From NCBI RefSeq assembly GCF_036321535.1, contig NC_087436.1, positions 81,780,001 to 81,844,000 of the forward strand: a stretch of DNA of 64,000 nucleotides, given 5' to 3'. The stretch comes from Camelus dromedarius (taxonomy: Eukaryota). Both the position numbers and the translations under genes were made by a program. Below the pieces are notes generated by a model. That model saw nothing but the letters and a program-made list of their open reading frames with translations. It did no database searches and was not told where the DNA came from. This document shows positions 51,166-64,000 of the stretch, in pieces (position 1 is the first letter of the stretch; each line of letters starts with the position of its first letter).

Positions 51166-51562
51166 TGTAAAGGGTGAATTTCCGGAAGGGCAAGATAGTC
51201 TTGCCCTATCTTGGAGGAATTCTTCAAGTACACAAGGTCAAACTACTCCCAAGAAGAACACAATAGAGTATTTGCCTAGGCTTGTGGAACAATCTGCATT
51301 TATTCAAGCCAGAGATAGTGGGGGAGGTTCAAGGGCCTCCCACACTGGAAAGTGTGCTTAATGACCTGGCATCCTGAGAACTCATCCAGACTAGCGGGAG
51401 GAAGCCTAAGCCTACAAATGTGCTTCTGTGAGAATTCTTACGTTTCCCTCTCCTGTGGAGAAGGCAGCTGGCTGCACATGCGGCAGCCAGATGGTCCACC
51501 GCGTTCACTCAGAACAGGAGGAGGAGGGACAGAAGAGAAGATGGGCAGCCTCCTACTGTACA
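51166..51562 (-). mobile_element. Possible ancient solo LTR (unclassified)
   Basis: Minus strand reads TGTACAG...CACCCTTTACA over about 400 bp with an internal AATAAA. No clear TSD. Confidence 0.35.
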
Positions 51563-52784
51563 ACACATTCATCCAATCCGGCTCACCTATGTACAACTTT
51601 GTTTTTTAATAGCACAGAACAACATTTTTATTGATGGAATCCAGAGTATATTTTCAAATTACACACATAGTTCATTTCTCACTTTGCTTGGAAGAATTAA
51701 ATCCATGTTAAACTACAGTTTTCATTCCCAGAATTTTTATTACTTTGTAATGACATTAAAAGTGTGAACAGGATACAAAAATGTTAAATGTATAAGATGT
51801 TTAATAAATATTTCCTAATACTATGATAGACTATAAAGATGCTCTCAAACACACAGATTTATCTCTAAAAGCTGCCACTTCAGCTCATTCACAATAGCAT
51901 AATTGACCCAAAAATGGGACACATAGTTGAAACACTGAAATGTCTTCAACTTCCTTTTGAATCACTGGAGATAAAATTATGTTTAGCTATTTAAAAACCA
52001 ACTCTAATGGAAACAAGGTGCAGTGAAAAATAAATACATGGATGTAACATTTTTATGTAGCACACACTAATGTAGCAAAAACAATCCAGTATTCAACACT
52101 TCAGCCCCGGAACAGATATGATTCAGCTTGCTTACAATTCTTGTTGCCTATGCCACTCCCATCTTCCTGTTTAAATTTCTTTGACAGCTCACCATTTCCT
52201 ACATTAAACTTTCAAGCTTTTCTCTCCGCATTCCTAACACTTCAAATGTATTCCAATGACTTCCTTATATAAAACTCCTGCTCAAGATAAACTGGTCTAT
52301 TTATTGTTTCCTGAACACATCATTCACACACCTTCTACCTTCACGGTCTTGCTCAAGCCCTTCCTCATGTGTTTTATCACGTCTCTATTACCTTTCTTGA
52401 AGATGCGGTGTAAGTGCTACCATTTCCAGGAAGCCTTTCCCAACCCTCTCCCTATCAACAGATCTGTACACACTCACATCCCTGTGGAGCACCCCCTTTC
52501 CTGTCCTCCTCTGACAAGGATCATATGGACTTCACCCACTGTTATACTGACTGTATTTATTCTCTCTTCCAAGGCCAAGGATCAGGTCTATTGTCTATTT
52601 TAATCCCCAGAAACCAGAACTAAACAGTAGTTAATAACACTGTTCCTGATAATAGTGGTGATTTGATAAGGGACCCATGGAAAACAAAGACTAGGGTGGG
52701 GTCTCTCAGGAAATTATTGGCCACAAAAGCATGAAAACACCCTGTTCCTTTCCTAATTTCACCAGATATAAAAGTAACTCATAC

Positions 52785-53199
52785 TGTGAAGGAAAAGCCG
52801 GGCTGGGCTAACAAGATAACTCACAAGTCTAAGTATCGGAATACTGATCTGAGTTCTGCTGGACTAACTTGTAAATCTAAGTTAATTAGTGTTGGTTTGC
52901 TGTTCATGTTTTTTTTGCTAGCCAGCTGGATTTTCAAAGAGATATATCTGGCTTTGGAATGTTGGTTTGCTGCCCCCCTGCCTCCACTTTTGTGATAATG
53001 ATGCTGCTAAAGCTGTTCCATGCCTATTGGCCGAATACCCCAAGCTTGTACTTTAACCTATAAAACCTCATGTGCACGTCTTGGAGGTGCTCAGAGCTTC
53101 AGAGCAGAAGCCCCTCTGAGTCCACCGGCGTAATACATCTGAGTACTCCAGCCCTCCGAGTGGTGCTTGTTTCTTGACTGGCCTGTCGTTTCCGTAACA
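52785..53199 (+). mobile_element. Young class I (ERV1) solo LTR, 415 bp
   Basis: TG...CA termini. Perfect 4-bp TSD ATAC (52781-52784 and 53200-53203). ATTGG at 53026, TATAAAA at 53059, variant poly(A) signal AATACA at 53132. Several retained CpGs. Confidence 0.88.
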
Positions 53200-53917
53200 A
53201 TACCATATTTTGGCCAATAATCACCTATTTCCACATTTATTCATGATAATTACACTCATTTTAGTAAATATTTTTTAAGACTGCACTTTTAAATTACCTA
53301 TATTGCATACTATACATAAAAATATTATTCAAAAGTATGATGTCTCATACTTGAAAACTCAGTACAGAACATTATTTCCAGGGATGTTATTTAAGTTGTA
53401 GTCAGATTTTTAGTGTTTATCCACCCAAGTGCTATAGTAATTTCCTTATCTATACCAGTCCATGCTGGTTTACTTACACCTCTGAGTTTCCTGATAAAAG
53501 ATAACTCCTGGAATAGACCAGAGATATATATACCTGAGAATGTACTATAATCCTCTGAAAAATTCTATAGCTGAGAATCAGAGTTCCTTAATTCTAGTCT
53601 TCGTTATACTACTGTGTCACTCTCCTATCAGTGAAATGCGACTAATAACATCAATCCTTTTCCTACCGCATATTAGGTAATAGATATGAGATAAGAGATC
53701 TGAAAATCCTTAAAGGAAAGGTAACACATAAAGTCAAGGTATTATCCATTAAAATAAGAGTTAAATCTTTTCATTGCTTGAAAAAAATTTTGTTTAAGTT
53801 ACTAAGCACCTATATTGTGCCAGGTGGTTCATTGCCTGGGAATTCAAAGATGAATAAGACCAAGGACAGGTTCTGGATCTCAAAATATAGTAGAGACAAA
53901 GAGCTAAACAAATAGAG

Positions 53918-54270
53918 CAGAGGTCAGGAAACTTCATTGCCTATTTTTGTAAGGCTTGTGAGCTAAGAATAATTTTTACAGATAAACATTTGCAATCAAT
54001 TTGATAAATGAGAACATTAACTTTGAACCAGTATTAAGAGAAATGTTATCTTCTCCCAAAAGAATTCCACTCTTCTGATAAGTTTATCTATATTACAAAA
54101 ATGGTACTCAATTGTTATTTTATTTTTAATTCTGTCAATAAAAATCATTAGAATTTGTTTTCTCTCTTATTATATAAATGTGTACATAATATCTTTGAGT
54201 TTGCCTCTTGGTCTGAAAGCCTAAAATATTTACCAACTGTAAACTTTACAGAAAAGGTGTGCTGATTCTG
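53918..54270. mobile_element. MER58-family hAT-Charlie (Cheshire-derived) element
   Basis: 'cagaggtcaggaaact...gtgagctaagaataatttttacagataaacatttgcaatc...aaagcctaaaatatttac...ctttacagaaaaggtgtgctga'. Confidence 0.8.
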
Positions 54271-54849
54271 GAAACAAACATTCAATTATAATGCAATAAA
54301 TAGAGTGAAAGAGAATATAACTTGAGAATTTAAGTTGAAAACATTGATCTATATTAGCTTGGTGGCATGGTTTCAGGGTAGACTTCTGGGAGTAGATGGC
54401 ATCAGACTGAGTCGGAAAAACTAAATAGGAGAAAACCAAAGAAGGGAGGGCACAAGGGTCATCTAGGGTAGTTGGTGGGTTAGTTCAGGTCTTCAGATAA
54501 GCAGATGCTCAGATGGGATTAGATATGATTCGTTTCAGGTGTAGATGATGCTTAATGGAATACCCCTACCACGGACTTGATTCCAGTTATACCCAGCTGC
54601 CTGATGGTGTACATAACCACAACTGTGTGAGTGGGAGTAGGGATCTCTACCGAGAAGACACCGTAATCTCTATTCCTCCTATGGACAAAGTCCTTGTTAC
54701 ATGTTCTCTTCTCTCTTCACTGCATTCACTGTTCATTTTTTAAAGTTGCATTGTTTTATATAAAAGAGCAAAATAATTTTTTTAGTGACAGAAGTCTGTA
54801 GAAAATAAAATAAATTTTTAAAAAAGTTTTTGCAATGACATCCAAATTT

Positions 54850-55520
54850 TAAATATTTATTTTCAGTAACAGTGAATAGAACACGTATGTATTTTTCCCT
54901 TCTCTCTCACAAAAATAATGGCAGGAAAGGAATGTTTAAAGATATAGAACCTCAAAGAAAAGAAGAGCTGGAGAGAAGATAGCAGAGAGAACTGTCAAAA
55001 ACAAATGAGAATCTGGAAAGTGTATGATCAAGTTGTTGTCTTAGCAGACCAGAGGAAGCTGAAAGGTAAGTGCCTGTAGCTGGGAACATCAAGAAGCAAA
55101 CTTATTCATTTGGCAAAACCTTAGAAAGCCTCAGGAATTGGAGGCTTGGCGGGAGCCACAAATAGTAGGCTTGGTTAAAAGTCTGAATAAGAAGCAGGTT
55201 CTTCCCCTCTGCCCCCAGCCACTAATAACCTTATGAAGCAAGGTGACCACCTCCCCTTACTCAATAGAAGACTAGAGGCTTTTTCTTTGAAAATTTTGAA
55301 CCAGAGGGACTCTGGATGTAAGGCAGTACTAAGCATAGATAAGGGCTAGAGTGGGAGACTAAAAACAGGTGAATTAAATTAAAAATCTGTATTTTAAATG
55401 ATGAGAATTAACCTGTTCTCCTTAGCTCCAAGAACACTGTCTGTAGCATTCTGGGATATCTGGTTGGGTATCTCCTGATAACCCTCCATTGAAGCCCAAC
55501 AAATGATTTCTCGGCCATAT
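54850..55520 (+). mobile_element. Old L1/HAL1 5' region (tentative)
   Basis: Purine-rich 'cttagcagaccagaggaagctgaa...gcctcaggaattggagg...agaagactagaggc...gaaccagagggactctgga' resembles old L1M/HAL1 5' ends. Confidence 0.45.
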
Positions 55521-55582
55521 AGTAAATGCATAATTAAATCTGTATATTTCTAAGTGTTTGGAATTTGACTGTTTAACTTTTA

Positions 55583-56441
55583 CATGGTCAACTATATAAT
55601 GTGTCAGGCCCCTTGTGTAAAAGGCAAGAAAAAAGTGTCACTAAAAATACTAAAATATAAAGCTTTTTCCTATCTTCCTCAGTCTTTCACCTTGCTATGT
55701 TTTTCTTATTTGCTATTTAATATTTTCTAAAGAAAGAAAATTTGAAAATTTAAATTAGTCTGATTTTCAACATTTATCTTTATATTGTACAATGCCATTT
55801 TAAACGCAAATATGACATTTAATTCAGAAACCACCAAAATTATTCGATTTGTATTTTGCAGCTCATACATGCATATATATTTTGTTCTTACCAAAACAGT
55901 GGAACCAATACATAAAACTAACTCATTGTTTATGTCAAGTCTTGATATGCATACATTTTGCCAACACTCTGCTTTTGGTTTATTGGTATTGTCACTTCCG
56001 CCAAAAGCGTTTTACTAATACTACAGACAATAATTGTGTTTCTCAGAATGCCACTGTCTTCTTTCTGCATTAGAAACAATTCTGGTTCAAACAGAAAATG
56101 TGGCTTCTAGAGGTTGTCTGTCCCCACCTAGTCGTAGATGTAACTTACTTGTACTGACTACATTTGAGTCTCGCCATACTCTCATGTACCATGTGTCCAC
56201 CGGAATTATGTGTTTATGGGGCATCTTGAACACTATATGTGAATGGGGCAGCAAGTACTGGCAGATATACCGCACGTGTTCCAGTGTTCCAACAGACTTT
56301 AATTATAAAACACAAGTTCAGAGATAAAATTATTAAGAATTTCAAGACAGCAACAGTAGAATATTAAATCAAGTGTGGGGCTTTTCTGAGCATGAGGCCT
56401 TATTCAGTTATACAGGTCTCATCTCCATGAAGAGGGGTCTG
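55583..56441 (-). mobile_element. MER45B-like hAT-Tip100 element
   Basis: The right end 'attaagaatttcaagacagcaacagtagaatattaaatcaagtgtggggcttttctgagc...ccatgaag' is shared with the MER45A copy at 33.8 kb. Long internal segment. Confidence 0.7.
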
Positions 56442-56449
56442 ACTTTATA

Positions 56450-57310
56450 ATAAAGTGCCAAGTTGTTTTCCAACACAGTTGTACCATGTTGCATTCCCAC
56501 TAGTGAAGTGTGGAAGTTCCAGTGATCTGCATCCTTACCACTAATTGGTAGGGTCAAACATTTTAAATTCAGCCATTCTGGTAGATATATAATGATATCT
56601 CATTTTAGTTTGGGTTTGCATTTCCTAATGAATAATTATGTTATTTATTCATTATGTTAATTGTTCATTTATCAATGAATTATTTGTTCATAGTTCATTA
56701 ATAATTACGTGCTTATTTGCCTCCTGGATATCTTCCTTTGTGAAATGTTTGTTTAAAACTTCTGCTCATTTAAAAAAGTTGTTTGTTTTCTTTTTTATTG
56801 AGTTTGAGAGTTCTTTATATATTCTGGATTCAAATTCTTAATCAGATGTGTTTTTATAAAAATATTTTCTCCTAATCTGTCTTCACTTTTCTACAACAGT
56901 GTCTTCTGAAGGGCAAGTCTTTTAATCTATGAACATGCATATCTCTCCATTTATTAGGTCTTCTTTCCTTTCTCGCACCAATGTTTTATAGTTTTCAGTG
57001 TATAAATCTTACACGTTTCTTAGATATATCCCATAATATTCATATATTGATGCTGTTATGATATTTTTAATGTTTCAATTTCTAATTGCTCCTTGCCAAG
57101 TATATGGAAATATAACTGATTTTGTATCCTGTGACCCAGCTAAATACACTCATTAATTTTAGTAGATTTTTTTGTGACTTTTTGTATTGTAGAGGAGACA
57201 ATAATATCATCTGAAAATGAGTTTTATTTCTTCCTTTCTGTTCTATATGCCTTTTATTTATTTTCTTGCCTTATTGCTCTGACCCAGTATAGTCAATACA
57301 ATATTTAGTT
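56450..57310 (-). mobile_element. Old L1 ORF2/3' fragment
   Basis: 'gcattcccactag...tcagccattctggtag...ttgcatttcctaatga...gagttctttatatattctgga...tttatagttttcagtgtataaatc'. Confidence 0.8.
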
Positions 57311-57382
57311 AGTACAATTATAAATTCCAAATTCCTGATGAGGCAACAAAGTCACAGAAAACGTAGTTAACTTCCCCAAGAT

Positions 57383-57603
57383 GAGTGGTTCTCAACTGGG
57401 GGTGATTTCGTCCCTTTGGGGGGCATTTGGCTATGCCTGGAAAGATTTTTAGTTGTTATACGTGAGGTGGGTCGGCGCGACTGGCATCTAATGAGTAGAG
57501 GTCAGAGACACTGCTACATATTCTATAATGCACAGTATGACTCCCCACAACAACAAAAAAATATCTGGCACAAAATGCCAATTGTGCCTGTTAAGAAACA
57601 CTG
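57383..57603. mobile_element. MER20 hAT-Charlie element inserted into an antisense MIR
   Basis: 'agtggttctcaactgggggtgattt...ctggcatcta..gagtagaggtcagaga..ctgcta...aagaaacactg'. The MIR halves flank it at about 57335-57382 and 57604-57680. Confidence 0.88.
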
Positions 57604-58669
57604 CTCGAGGTGAACAGAAACAGTGAGTGGAAGAGTTGGGATTTGAATCCTAGCAGTTCTTGACCAACTTATGATGCTGCTTCCAACAGCAGCCCAGGGA
57701 TGTTACTTAGAAACATGAAGGTTAATGTCAGAAGGGAGAGCTGGGAAAGTCGGAATTAGTTGCCTCTGTGGAGAGATAACCTCACATGGGGAATAAAGGC
57801 CAGTAAAATAGTTTTTCGTGTGTTTGTTGTTGGTTTTTGGGTTTTGTTGTTCTCTTAAGAGACCTACAGAACTATTTGAATTATATTTATTTTTAAATGT
57901 TAAAATGATTGCGAACATTTAAATCAGACTATTTTTAGCTTAGTCATTGTTCCTTATATTTTAGAAATGTCTAGTAATACGCAGTTTATAAGAGTTGTCT
58001 CTCAGTAAATTTTGTTTGAATGAATGAAAAGAAGGAAAAATATTCATGAAGGAAAGAATAAACAAAAAGAGAACTTTCTTCTTGATTGACATCTTGCATA
58101 TCAAGTTCCATCTTGCAACATAATGAAGCATTTCAGACAGAAAATGCTGAAGATCCAGATTCCTAATGGAAAAGCTATTTCAAATTTAATTATAAGCAAA
58201 CAAGAAAAAATAGCTTTACTACATAATGACAGATTACCAACACTATCATTACATATATAAAAGCACCCATAATAGAGGAACAATGAAGTTACTTCTAAAA
58301 AACACTGAAAGCAAGTGAAAGAAGAATGACACTGTTATTCTTAATAACTATTTTAAAATTTATAAATATCTTGCAATCTTAAAATATTTGTTCAGAAAAT
58401 ACAAATCTAACTTAGAATTTACCAACCCCCCATTATCTTGTACCAGTAACAATGTATCTTTAATTTAACAAGGTATACTGCAAAGAAAAGGAATAAAGAT
58501 ACCAAATTCATGTCACTACTACAGCAATACGTTGGAGCAACATATTATCTCACTCTTTCTCAGTGAAAACAAAAGCCATCAGCAAGAATCTTCCCCATCT
58601 CTACTTCCTCCCCCACATCTCTATTTTCTTTCTGTGGGTATCTCTGTTTAAGGTTCTCTGCATGTGCCT

Positions 58670-58930
58670 TTCTTTTCCCCTGATTACATAATTTTACGTT
58701 TCAAAAAGCAAAAAGATGTCCAAATGTATACAGTCAGAAGTCTTGCTCCCGCTGCTGTCCACATTCAGTCCATTTGTCTCTGTCTCCTATAGGTAACCAT
58801 TTGTAACAGCATGAATCCTCTTAGTATTCGTTTATATAAATACAAGCAAATCTAGATATGTACACATATGTATATATTTCCTCATATTTCCCATAAGCAC
58901 TGTTCTATTTCTTGCTTTATATCACACAAT
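58670..58930 (-). mobile_element. L1ME-type 3' end
   Basis: 'ttcaaaaagc...gtatacagtcagaagtc...ataggtaaccatttgtaacag...tataaatacaagcaaat'. Confidence 0.55.
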
Positions 58931-61859
58931 ATTTTGAAATAAAACTTAATGTTAGTTAAAATCTAGCCATCTTAGAAATACTCATCACTTAACAAATGAG
59001 AAAATTTAAGTGCAGAGAGATTACATCTCTATTAAAGCTACTGACTGCTACGGTAATTATTTAACAACTATTAAACAATTATTTAACAATTTTTTAAAGT
59101 TTTTCAGTTCTCAGGTACAGTAAAAGAAAAATATTTTTAAAATCAAGTATACACTATGTTTTTAGAATGTTTTTCAAAGTTACTAGTTTAGCCATCTCAA
59201 TGAAAACTTGTACTTTAACAAATAGTATGTTTAGAAACAAAGTCATAATGAAACCTAACAATATCCCCTGTATAAAAATAAATCAGTTTTAAATTGGCTA
59301 AACTTTATAGTATTTTCCAGACTGCGAAATAGTAATTACATAAAATTTCAATAATATGCTGTTCTATCAAAAATTTTAATTTCTTTTCTTAAAAAGGTCA
59401 TTCTTGGTAGAGTCAAAGAACATAAAACAAATGCTAAAGGCTTAAGTAAACACAATGAAACCAAGTTTTTTTTCAACAAGATTTTAATGGGAAGCTAAGG
59501 GGCTTAGAATTGTGTAAATGATTAAACAAATCTACCTTTCTTTCTTCCATCTATTTCCCATCCCCCAGCCCCATGCAACCTGGACAGCTCAGTTGGAAAC
59601 ATATTTCTTTGAGTGGAGCTCAGAATGGGGACTTGGCAGAGGAGAGGAAGGAAAATGTAGCACATAACATCTATCCACCAAGTTAACTCAGGAATACTCC
59701 TCTTCAGACTGCTTCTCAGCCAAGCTATTTGGCCTGGAGCTGTGAAATCAAAGGAGCATGTGCATTTCTCTATGGCCCTTCCAAGATTCTTCCCAAGAGC
59801 AAAGCCTATTCTATGTTCATAGGAAAATCACTATTCTACGGTCAATGGTATTTGAATGAATGGTTTTCTGTTCCAATTCACATTATTTTTGGAGTATATA
59901 TGAAATTCTTTGGCCCTGTTCTTTTATTTTAAGTGAGAAAAAAAAATACTTTGACATAGAGAGGTGACCTAGCAGACAGTCAGAAGTCATGGCACTATGT
60001 CTGTTTGAATTTCTTAAGGTATATGGACATACTCTTGTCTCAAATAAAAGACTACAGAAAGAAAGGGGAAGAGCAGCTGCATGCCTCAAAATAGAAAAGG
60101 AAAAAATGTCAACATATGCAAAATCATTAGAAGAAATTAAACATGTATTGAATAACTATTATAAGCAGAGAAGGCATCTGCCCCTTCCAATTTTCTAAAA
60201 CTTAAAAATAATAATGTGCTATCAAAAATATGATAAAAACTGTCAAATATAGATTATATCAGCTAAGAAAATTAAATCAAGATTCTTCCATGAAAATTAT
60301 GTGTATTCACAAGCAAGAAAATAAAACAAAGAAAAACAGTAAGCAGTTTATCAAAACTCCACTAATGATATTTCAGTCACATCAAATCCCCCAAATGGGT
60401 GTTCTGTTGAACAAAGTTGTATGTTCACTCCTGTTCAGTTTTACATAGCCAACTTATCTTTCTCTGAGTTATCATTGTGCATTGTCATCGTGCATATGTG
60501 TGCTTTTTCAGTGAAGATGAGATTTAAGAATTTAGAATTCTTTATATAATCTATATCCATGTATCTTTCAAGAGACTATTAATTTTTAAAAACATTATTA
60601 ATAGGAATAAAAGAACAACATAACAGTTGAGCTGAATGTTCTCGTATGTTATTAGTTGGCATGGATACGTTTCTAGAAATTAGGAAAACATGATAAGCCA
60701 TTCTTCAAACACTGAAGTGGCATGTGGATAAGATGATTTGCAGAACTCATGCCCCCAAAAGATTTATTTTCTGTTAAAATATTATTAATCAGCTGCCAAG
60801 AATAATAAGAATTGTCAGGAGCATCATAATAAATGTACAGGTTTTTCTCTTTGTTTTCAAAAGTACAACAAATATTTATCATCTGTGAAATGAAAGTAGT
60901 AACAAACATCAAATCCATTTATGAAAAAAAAAATAGAAAAGATAAGCCAAAAGTAATCTCTAGCTCTTTCAAAGTCAAAAACAATCCCTTTAGGGAATAA
61001 GAAACTTAAATGTCCAAGGTAAAATGGCTAGTATATATTTCTTTACATTGTTAGAAGTACGTTATAAAATTATATTATTTTCAAGGGCTAGATGCCATAT
61101 TACTAATATAAATATATGATTTTCAGAGAATGATAACAATAGTAGTATTAAACAGACAAAATTAAACAACAGTTTTTGCACCAATAATGCAAATATTATC
61201 AACATCTTTATTTTACCAAAACTATGCACTCATGATCATATCAAATTAACTATCCTGGCTCTCTGTTTTCTCCTCCAAAACAGGTCTCTTGTGCCTTAAA
61301 GCTATTACATCTTACTTGGCTTAACCTATAACTAGAGCAAACCGAAATAACTGTCTGTCATCTTAAAAAAAAAAAAAAAAACACTTATACAACAGTATGG
61401 GAAGAAAGAGGCAGCGGCCTGCACTGATGACCATCAAACAGAAACTGGGAACTAAACAAATGAACCCTGAAATACTAGTAATTTGACAGGAAATTTTCTA
61501 TAGTAAATGAGAAAATAAGGACACTAAATAAAATTTAAGCTTTTATAAGATTTTTGCATTTTAATTGATAACTTTTATTTATATTTTGATTTTACTACTA
61601 TGTTATAGTTGAACATGTTATTAATACAATTGTTGATGTGATATAAAAATATATTATTTTATAAAAATATTGCATTATTAAAATACAAATAATTCATTTA
61701 AAATTTGTTTTAAATTGAAATAGCCCATAAAGTCCTTGCTTGTTATGTAAAGATGCACGGAAATACTCATTGTTACTATATCCATGTGACTTACTCTCAC
61801 CACTCGCTGAATCTTGACTCTGCCTGTAGTACTCCCATGCTAGGGATACTGAAGGAGCA

Positions 61860-62333
61860 GACACTGATGATTGCCTTAATAAACCCACATCCATTTCCAA
61901 ACTCTGTTTCCTATGCTTGTCTTCTCTTGAGGCTAGAAGAGCTAAGTACTTGCTTCCCTGCTTTCCTTGTAGTTTAGGAGGACACAATTCTGGCCAATAA
62001 TACGCAGGTGAAAGAATACTGAAGCAAAGCCTTTTGGGAGAAGCTTTTAATTTTGTATGTGTGTGTGTGTGTGTATACATATATATATGGAACAGCCAAG
62101 GCTGGCCCCACACATTTCCATCCTTCCTCTGGCCTTGAAAGAGGACCAGGTATCTGGAGTTACAGCATCACCTTGTGATTGTAAGAGGAAAGCAAACAGA
62201 ACTGCAGTGACCCAGCCTGGACACACAAGCAGCTGCCTACCACCTCATTTCTTGCGAGAAAAAGAACCCTTTTTGTTTAAGCCACTTCTGAGCAGATACT
62301 CTGTTACTTGGAGCCGATAGCCTTTCTGATGCA
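61860..62333 (+). mobile_element. MaLR/ERVL LTR (MLT1I/LTR33-like)
   Basis: 'gaggctagaagagctaa...ttctggccaat...ttgtttaagccact...ctgttacttggagccga...ctgatgca'. Confidence 0.65.
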
Positions 62334-63756
62334 CTGCCCTCAAAGAGTTCATATTCTACTGAGAAAAAAATGGTCAGATTCCCCAAACTGTGGCTGTAGC
62401 TGTGCTTTAACTATAAGACAGCTCTTATCTTAAAGAGAATGATACTGATCCTCACTGCATCCTCCTGCAATATTCTGATTATCAGAGTCTGGCTGTTTGC
62501 TGAAAGGGAGGGCTGGTGATTCCTCAAAGTGTCTATTTGAATGAGTTTATGCACAGAAGTGTTTTTACTTTTCGTTGAAGGAAAAGAGCAGTGTGTGTGA
62601 GTCTGTGTTTGTGTAGGGTGATGACTGTACAGGGAAAGCACAGCATGGGGATTACCTCCCTTCACCTCCATCCTCAAAGAACAATTAATTGCATCAGAGA
62701 CATTGTGATATAGTGAACACAAGCAGTGCTGCTGCAAGAACCAGGTGACAGTGGTGGCCTGGTTCCTGCCGTTGAGCCCAGCCCCGCTGTTACTCATTGG
62801 TGGGCAGCTTCGGGAGCACTGAGACAATCCTCTTGACACCAGCACTGATTCTCTTATGGAGGGTCTCAGCAGCAGTGGAAGTGGCAAGCTCCCTGCTGCA
62901 AGCGATGTTCAGGCTTTAGACTTTCAGGAGAAGGTTTGAGCACAAGAACAAAGACAAACGTTACAGAGCACTATGAACTATCTCTTGGGGAATCCTGGAA
63001 ATATGAGAAGTAGGTAAGATGTTTTCAGGAGTCTACAGGCTCTGTGGTAGCAGAAGGGGCTAAATTTGTATTATTAATGTGACTAGAATCCAGTCCATAG
63101 CTCAAGATGGTGAGAGTTTTAAAGAGAGTCATCTTTGGCTAATTTGTTTTTAACTAACAGATACTTTAACTCTTCATCTAATTCAGACTGCCATTGGTGG
63201 TACCGAGAAGACTTTTCCATTAAAAGAACTGGATGAGGGAAAGGAGGATCATTAAAACTACAATGAAGCATTCTCTTCAAAATGGAGTAATTGGAGTATA
63301 TTCTCTGATCAAAGGCAACAGAGATCATTTTTCTTTGAGTTCACACTAACGGTATAGTTTAGTAACTGTTCTGAGGGAGTAGAAAAGTCTCTTTTCCCCT
63401 CTATACCCCAAAAGTATATATGCAATGTTAATATCTCTTCTATTTACCCTTCCCCCTTTTCTTTCTCCCTCCCTGAGTAGAGTAATAAGAATAAAGATAT
63501 CAACCAAAAATCAACAGAGATTAATATTTTCTGAACACTTATTGTGTATAAGATATTGTGCTAAGCACTTTATGGGGATTTTTCAAAATAAAATAGAAGC
63601 ACCATAAATGATCTCCACTTAGTCAAACATTAGATTTACTAGTATTCTCCATTTCCTCTATAAAACAGTGTTTTACTAATAAGTGTTTACTAATGGGCTA
63701 TGTCATGGCATATACCTGCATAGTCATCCTTCCCCCAGCTGAGTTGTAACTACTAA

Positions 63757-63872
63757 GACCCATTCATTCATTCCTTTAATAGTGTTTGAGTGCCTACTAT
63801 GTGACAGGCACTGCTCCAGGCCACAGCACTGAATACCAGAGACAAAAATCCTGCCTTTATGAAGCTTACATC
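63757..63872 (-). mobile_element. L2 3' tail
   Basis: 'cattcattcattcc...tgagtgcctactatgtgacaggcactgctccagg...gacaaaaatcctgcctttatgaagcttaca'. Confidence 0.8.
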
Positions 63873-64000
63873 AAAATCAACTGTTTTAGTTTCCCAAACT
63901 TATAATGTGTGTTATTCTTGCTAATGTAATTAGGTAATTTAATTTTTATATACTTTATTAAGAGTAAGTGTAAAAGATATTTTCCCCATTGAAAATGAAG

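Noticed and set aside
62411..62887. Longest ORF in the track (158 aa, minus strand)
   Set aside because: It starts at a non-ATG codon, has no recognisable domain, and runs through a low-complexity CA-rich tract. Its length is compatible with chance.
1..64000. Prokaryotic-type systems (CRISPR arrays, operons, defence islands)
   Set aside because: The sequence is clearly mammalian. There is no regularly spaced repeat-spacer array and no dense coding.

Overview
Mammalian, AT-rich, CpG-depleted and repeat-dense DNA. I recognise no protein-coding exon, RNA gene or CpG island, so the window is intergenic or deep intronic. Four copies of a tRNA-Ala-derived SINE matching the camelid Vic-1 family point to a camelid genome (camel, alpaca, vicuna or llama). 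The window is a layered transposon record. Ancient layers include L2, MIR, L1M, MaLR/ERVL LTRs and hAT elements (MER5, MER20, MER33, MER45, MER58, MER63). Younger layers include L1 3' ends, SINEs and a 415-bp class I solo LTR with a perfect 4-bp TSD. The most unusual object is at 35969-36450: an ERV1-type R-U5-PBS(Arg)-leader segment ending in a pure A30 tail and flanked by a perfect 18-bp TSD. That structure suggests a retroviral transcript mobilised in trans by LINE-1 rather than by integrase. A decayed hAT transposase dimerisation-domain fossil is visible on the minus strand near 34.7 kb. The ORF track hits are L1 ORF2 remnants or appear to be chance ORFs. Repeat subfamily names come from recalled consensus features, not a database search, and most boundaries are approximate.
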